Below are positions 23,453 through 27,873 of a stretch of DNA of 27,873 nt, piece by piece. The position numbers and the translations under genes were made by a program. The DNA comes from a virus. Lineage: Duplodnaviria > Caudoviricetes. Under the pieces are notes generated by a model that worked only from the letters and a program-made list of their open reading frames with translations, was not told the DNA's origin and searched no databases. Position 1 is the first letter of the stretch. Every line of letters starts with the position of its first letter. The stretch lies in IMG/VR virus record IMGVR_UViG_3300022719_000398, positions 1 through 27,873 of that record, one strand, 5' to 3'.

Positions 23453-23880
23453 GCACGAACATCACCGATCTCGACTTCCGGAACGCACTGTTCACGTCGT
23501 TCGCCGCGGCCTGGGCGGACGCGACGCCAATCGCGACCCAGAACGACACGTTCGATCCGGCGAAGGTGTCGGGCGATGCCTTCGTCCGCCTGGTGCTCAC
23601 CGGTCAGGCGGAGGGCGAGACCGCGCTCTCGAGTTCGGTGGCTCGAGACCACGTGCAGCGCGAGGGCACGCTGACGGTGCAGGTCTACGTCCGCGAGGGG
23701 ACGGACATGGACCAGACGTTCACCCTGCTCGAGGCCGTCAAGGCCTGGGCGAAGCATCCAGGCGCGGCGGAGACGCTGCTGCGCTCGATCGGCACGCCGG
23801 TCCCCATCGGCTCGGATGGCGCGTGGTTCCAGACCGACCTGTCGATGACCTGGCTTTACTGGAGTTCGCGCGCGGCGTAG
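23449..23880 (+). CDS. tail terminator-like protein
   Basis: GTG 23449; PIATQNDTFDP...FVRL...REGTLTVQVYVREG...GAWFQ; precedes the tail tube gene. Confidence 0.72.
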   Translation: MSTNITDLDFRNALFTSFAAAWADATPIATQNDTFDPAKVSGDAFVRLVLTGQAEGETALSSSVARDHVQREGTLTVQVYVREGTDMDQTFTLLEAVKAWAKHPGAAETLLRSIGTPVPIGSDGAWFQTDLSMTWLYWSSRAA

Positions 23881-23919
23881 CCTTCGGGCCGTCGCCGCCG
23901 CGCGTAGGGAGGGGTTCTC

Positions 23920-25050
23920 ATGCCCGTCGAAGCACGACCGGACGACCAGTTCTCGCGAGTCAACCTGCTGCTCGGCTTCCCGGTGGTCGAGTTCACGCCG
24001 CGGCTCGCCGACGGCTCGCTCGGCGCGGTGGTGCCGATGGGCATCATCGAAGGGTTCTCGCTGCAGAAGGTCGTCGAGAACCTCGAGCTGGAGCGCGGCG
24101 ACTCGGGGCTGCTGACCGTCGACCGCGAGATCATCAGCAAGTTCAAGCCGTCGTTCCAGATCTCGACGTTCAACCTGCGGTCCGACGTCGCTCGCCTGAT
24201 CCTCGGCTCGGACGTAGCGACCGCCGTCGTCGCGGATCCGGCGGCCCAGATCACGAACGAGGCGCTGCAGGTTCCGACCGGCGCCGACGCCGCGCGGACG
24301 TTCATCGATCTCGCGCGGGCCGACGTCGACGAGACGCCGGCGAACCTGACGCTCACCTGCGCCACGATCACCGGCGAGACCGTCGAGAACGTGACCGGCG
24401 ACGGCACGACGCTCGGCGACTACAAGCTCGCCTTCAAGCCGTTCATCCTCGGCGACGTGACGTCGCTGCAGGAGGTCGACTCGAGCGGCGCCGTCGTGCG
24501 CACGTTCACGGTGCAGGCGGGTGCGCCCGCCGGCGCGACCGAGGCGCAGCTTACAGTCGGCACCGGAACCGGCTCGGGCGAGCTGGAGTTCTTTCAGGCC
24601 GTCGGCGCCGGCAACTCGATCATCGCGACCTACACCCCGTCGCACGCGCTCGAGGAGGACGAGGCAGCGGCGAACAACGACATGATCCTCGATCCGCTGC
24701 TCGGCCGGATCCGCTTCCCGTACCTGACCGTGGCGGGCGCCGCGCTTCGCCCCGGCCAGAACGTCGAGCTGGACTACCAGTACGTGCGGCGCGCCTCGAC
24801 GACGCTGCAGCCGTTCCGCCAGGGCGGGCTCGCCTTCGAAGGCGTCGCCTCGGTAAAGCAGCTCACCGACATCGGCGTGAACTTCACGTGGTCGGTGCCG
24901 TCGGTGACCCTGCTGCTGACCGACGACGATCTCACGTTCGGGGCGGAGAACTTCGCGACTGGTACGCTCCGCATGAACCTGAACGATGCCGGTGGGTCGA
25001 CGCGCTACGGCACGATCGCGTGGAGCAGCGAGACCGAGGCCAACGCCTAG
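23920..25050 (+). CDS. major tail tube protein with inserted beta-rich domain(s)
   Basis: 376 aa between terminator and chaperone genes; NLLLG...F...MG.IEGFSL at the N-terminus; RBS AGGGAGGGG. Confidence 0.75.
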   Translation: MPVEARPDDQFSRVNLLLGFPVVEFTPRLADGSLGAVVPMGIIEGFSLQKVVENLELERGDSGLLTVDREIISKFKPSFQISTFNLRSDVARLILGSDVATAVVADPAAQITNEALQVPTGADAARTFIDLARADVDETPANLTLTCATITGETVENVTGDGTTLGDYKLAFKPFILGDVTSLQEVDSSGAVVRTFTVQAGAPAGATEAQLTVGTGTGSGELEFFQAVGAGNSIIATYTPSHALEEDEAAANNDMILDPLLGRIRFPYLTVAGAALRPGQNVELDYQYVRRASTTLQPFRQGGLAFEGVASVKQLTDIGVNFTWSVPSVTLLLTDDDLTFGAENFATGTLRMNLNDAGGSTRYGTIAWSSETEANA

Positions 25051-25069
25051 GCCCGCCCCGGAGGAGCCA

Positions 25070-25660
25070 ATGTCCGAAGCCGCTGCCGACACCGCCTACG
25101 CCGGCGTCGCTCACCCCCCGACGCGCGAGGTCACGGCCGCGGGCCGGACGTTCGTCCTGAAGCCGTGGACCATGGCCCAGCGCCGCGAGCTGCGGCCGGC
25201 GCTCGCCGCCCTGCTCGAGCAGATCGAGCAGGCCAGCCAGGCCGGCACGAAGATCCCGGCCAACCTCGCTGGGCTGTTCCTCGGGTTCGAGGAGCAGGTG
25301 GCCGCCGTCGTGCGAGCCTCGGTGCCGCGCACGGAGATCTCCGACGACGCCTGGGAGTCGATGGCGTGGGAGGACCTGCCCGTGCTCGCGCAGGCCGTCT
25401 GGGAGCTGAACGTGCAGCGGGGGCCGGTGGGAAAACTGATCGCCGGGCTGCAGGGTCGTCTCCAGGAGGCGATGCGGTCCGCAGCGGAGAAGGCGGCCGC
25501 AGCGGGCGAGCAGCAGCTCGGCGCGGATCCGGCGCCGCCGTCCTCCGCCGCCTCCGAACCGGAGAGCCCGACCCCGACGTCGACCGGGCCGAGGCAGCCG
25601 GCCTCGCCTTCCTCGGGCGCCGGTGGGGCGCCGATCCCGAACGCCTCCGCCATGCCCTGA
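25070..25660 (+). CDS. tail assembly chaperone (gpG-like, 0 frame)
   Basis: RBS GGAGGAG; follows the tail tube gene; in-frame slippery G-GGA-AAA at 25429-25435. Confidence 0.8.
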   Translation: MSEAAADTAYAGVAHPPTREVTAAGRTFVLKPWTMAQRRELRPALAALLEQIEQASQAGTKIPANLAGLFLGFEEQVAAVVRASVPRTEISDDAWESMAWEDLPVLAQAVWELNVQRGPVGKLIAGLQGRLQEAMRSAAEKAAAAGEQQLGADPAPPSSAASEPESPTPTSTGPRQPASPSSGAGGAPIPNASAMP

Positions 25661-25935
25661 CGGACGTCCAGTTCGCCGGCTACGTGCGGCTCGAGGCGGA
25701 GGCCCAGCGCAACGAGATGGTGATCGCCGCGACCGGTACCCTGGCGGCGATCGCCCACGCGTTCGCTCCGAAGACGAAGCCCATGGAGCGCTTCCGGCGC
25801 TCGCTGCAGGCCGGACAGGGCGACGATCCCTCGGCGCTGGACGGCCCGGCGATGGCCGAGATCCGGCGGCGGCTGGCGCCCTACGTCCAGGAGCGCCGCG
25901 TGGCGCTGGTGCGCGACGAGGAGGCAGCGCCGTGA
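25070..25935 (+). CDS. tail assembly chaperone gpGT-like product via programmed -1 frameshift (about 288 aa)
   Basis: GGGAAAA heptamer; the -1 frame is open to TGA 25933-25935 and reads as protein-like (LAFLGRRWGADPERLRHALTDVQF...). Confidence 0.72.
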
Positions 25936-26381
25936 ACATCCCGGGCGACGCTCTCGGCTCGACGCGACGGCTGAACCTGCGGTTCGAGTACTTCGATCCG
26001 CCGCTCACGCTGTCGGTGCTTCCGGCCGTCGGCGACCTGAACCCGCTCTACATCGCGGCCGCGGCGCGACTGGCGCCCTACGAGCTGTCGGCGGCGCTCC
26101 CGGAGGACCACCCGCGTCGTCTCACCGAAGAGCGCGCCGAGGAGCTGCTCCTGCCGGTGTTCGCCGAGGCGGTGATCGCCGGCTCCGACGATCCGGCTCA
26201 CGAGGGCTGGGGCCCCGACGAGTGGGTCGCGTGGCTCGCGGCGCACCGCGACGAGTTCCGGTCGATCCGCGAGGTGGCCGAGCACCGCCGAAACTTCGTC
26301 ACGGAGGCCGAAGACCAGGCCAGGGAGGCCGCTTCGGCCGAGCTGGGGCTCCTGCGTCGGGCGTTCGGCGGAGCGGCCTGA
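25932..26381 (+). CDS. second tail-assembly-chaperone-like protein
   Basis: GTG 25932; G..NPLY...R...PY...ELLLPVFAEAVIAG...F..I...A....NF. Confidence 0.55.
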   Translation: MNIPGDALGSTRRLNLRFEYFDPPLTLSVLPAVGDLNPLYIAAAARLAPYELSAALPEDHPRRLTEERAEELLLPVFAEAVIAGSDDPAHEGWGPDEWVAWLAAHRDEFRSIREVAEHRRNFVTEAEDQAREAASAELGLLRRAFGGAA

Positions 26382-26382
26382 C

Positions 26383-26805
26383 GTGGCGACCCTGGCGTCC
26401 CTCGAGCGGCGCTTGAACCGCGCTGCCGACTCGCTCGACCGGTCGCTGCGCACGATCGTCGGGGAGGTCATCGCCTCGATCGGCGAGGAGGTGGTGCCTG
26501 CGACGCCGGTCGACACCGGCTTTGCTCGGGCGAACTGGCGGCCCTCGCTCAACGTGGCCGCCGAGTCGCCGATCTCGTTCCTCGATCCGACCGGCGCAGC
26601 GACGGTCGCGAAGATCCGCGTCGTGTCCATGCGGTGGCGACCGGGCGACGTGTTCTTCCTGCGCAACAACGCCGAGTACATCGGCGACCTGAACCGCGGC
26701 TCCTCGCCGCAGGCCCCGCCCGGCTTCGTTCAGGCGAGCGCGCGGCGCGGCGCCGAGCGCGCGATCGCCAGCTTCCAGTCCGGCCGGCTCCTGGCGATCC
26801 GGTGA
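26383..26805 (+). CDS. HK97 gp10-like tail completion protein
   Basis: ATPVDTGFARANW...NNAEYIGDLNRGSSPQAPPGFV. Confidence 0.85.
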   Translation: MATLASLERRLNRAADSLDRSLRTIVGEVIASIGEEVVPATPVDTGFARANWRPSLNVAAESPISFLDPTGAATVAKIRVVSMRWRPGDVFFLRNNAEYIGDLNRGSSPQAPPGFVQASARRGAERAIASFQSGRLLAIR

Positions 26806-26962
26806 TGACGGTCGACCGGCAAGATCAGACGCTCGTGTATGCAAGAGCACAGGCTCTAGAACGCAGCCGATCGGCAACTCGGGTCGGGCGGCAACTCGTC
26901 GGCAGGCGACCAGACGTTTCGTACGCAGCTCAGATAGAGCTCCAGACGCAGGCAACCGGCAG
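26806..26962 (+). repeat. phased-GCA element D
   Basis: Anchors end at 26821, 26843, 26865, 26876, 26893, 26904, 26927, 26950, 26961 (spacing 22,22,11,17,11,23,23,11). Confidence 0.85.
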
Positions 26963-26979
26963 CGAAAGGATCCCGTCAG

Positions 26980-27873
26980 GTGGTCACTGAGACCGTCACC
27001 ATCGTCGTCCGGGAGCGCGGCGCGCGCGCGACGTCCGACTCCATCCGGCGGGTCGGTCGCTCGAGCCGCACGGCGGCCGGCTCGGTTCGGCTGCTGACCG
27101 GTGCGCTCGTCGCGCTCGGCGGCGCGCTCTCTGCGCGCGAGCTGCTCCGCCTGGCCGACGCCGCGACCACGGTCACGAACCGGATCCGCACGACCACCGA
27201 CTCCTCGGCCGAGTACCTGGGCGTCACGCGCGAGCTGCTCGACATCTCGAACCGCACGCGCACGTCGCTCGACGACAACGCGCGCCTGTTCCAGCGGTTG
27301 CGGAACGCGACCGACACCCTGGGCGTCTCGACCGATCGCGTCCTCGCCACCACCGAGGGCCTGAACGCCGCGATCGCCGTGTCTGGCTCCGAGGTGTCGG
27401 AGGCCACCGCGGGCCTGCTGCAGCTCGGCCAGGGCCTAGCGTCGAACAAGTTCGCCGGCGACGAGCTGCGGTCGGTCCTCGAGAATCTGCCGGAGCTAGG
27501 CAAGGCGATCGCCGCCGAGCTGGGCCTCACGACCGGCCAGCTTCGCGAGTTCGGTGCTCAGGGTCGCCTGACCGCCGACCAGCTTTTCCCGGCTCTCGAG
27601 CGGGCCGCGGCTGGCTTCACGGGTCGCCTCGACGACGTCAACTTCACCACGGCGCAGACGTTCAACATCTTCCGGAACTCGCTCCTGATCGCCGTCGGTG
27701 CCATCAACAACACGATCGGCGCGACCGACTTCCTGAACCGCTCGATCGGGACGGTCGCCGAGACGATCGGCTTGACGCTCGTCTCGGGCGCTGCGCGTGG
27801 CGCGGAGGTTCTGGGCGGCGTGGGCGACGCCGGCGCGGCCGTGCTCGACATCGTCGACGACGCGAACGTGGCG
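26980..27873 (+). CDS. tape measure protein, N-terminal part (runs off the window)
   Basis: Not in the ORF track because it has no stop. GTG 26980 after GAAAGGA; own translation MVTETVTIVVRERG...LADAATTVTNRI...LLQLGQGLASNKFAGDELRSVLENLPELGKAIAAELGLTTGQLREFGAQGRLTAD. Confidence 0.9.
   Translation, partial: MVTETVTIVVRERGARATSDSIRRVGRSSRTAAGSVRLLTGALVALGGALSARELLRLADAATTVTNRIRTTTDSSAEYLGVTRELLDISNRTRTSLDDNARLFQRLRNATDTLGVSTDRVLATTEGLNAAIAVSGSEVSEATAGLLQLGQGLASNKFAGDELRSVLENLPELGKAIAAELGLTTGQLREFGAQGRLTADQLFPALERAAAGFTGRLDDVNFTTAQTFNIFRNSLLIAVGAINNTIGATDFLNRSIGTVAETIGLTLVSGAARGAEVLGGVGDAGAAVLDIVDDANVA

Noticed and set aside
3137-26962. Phased-GCA islands as CRISPR mini-arrays or TIGR arrays
   Set aside because: No constant 23-50 bp repeat with unique spacers, no uniform 36-nt dual-repeat unit, and no Cas or Nop-domain gene recognisable in the window; units are 11/17/22/23 bp with a 3-5 bp anchor
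26805-26990. Small ORF MTVDRQDQTLVYARAQ... over element D (and 15897-16196 over element C)
   Set aside because: Islands are conserved in nucleotide spacing, not reading frame or peptide; ORFs over the four islands share no consistent frame. Translation of the D ORF (TGATG overlap) cannot be fully excluded
1-27873. tRNA/rRNA, integrase, att sites, lysis genes, reverse transcriptase/DGR
   Set aside because: None recognisable in this window, so lifestyle (prophage versus free phage) cannot be determined here

Overview
A high-GC (roughly 70% by eye) tailed dsDNA phage or prophage segment, siphovirus-like, with every credible gene on the + strand. Most long minus-strand and alternative-frame ORFs in the track are GC shadows. 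Positions 1-6.0 kb are an accessory region: small, often Cys-rich ORFs, a secreted SGNH/GDSL hydrolase, and three repeated promoter+RBS cassettes with sigma-28-like spacing. Positions 6.1-11.8 kb hold a ParB-like/DNA methyltransferase fusion, terminase small and large subunits and the portal. Positions 11.8-27.9 kb hold a fibre/adaptor block, a frameshifted PEP-CTERM gene, head genes, tail genes including a -1 frameshifted chaperone, and the start of the tape measure gene. The most unusual signal is four dispersed, co-oriented 140-190 bp elements at gene junctions (about 3.14, 8.10, 15.87 and 26.81 kb). In each, a (C/G/T)GCA(A/G) anchor recurs at almost only 11, 22-23 and one 17 bp spacing, and the modules between anchors vary and appear in different positions in different copies. 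I do not recognise this as a named element. All family assignments are from motif recall, not database searches.
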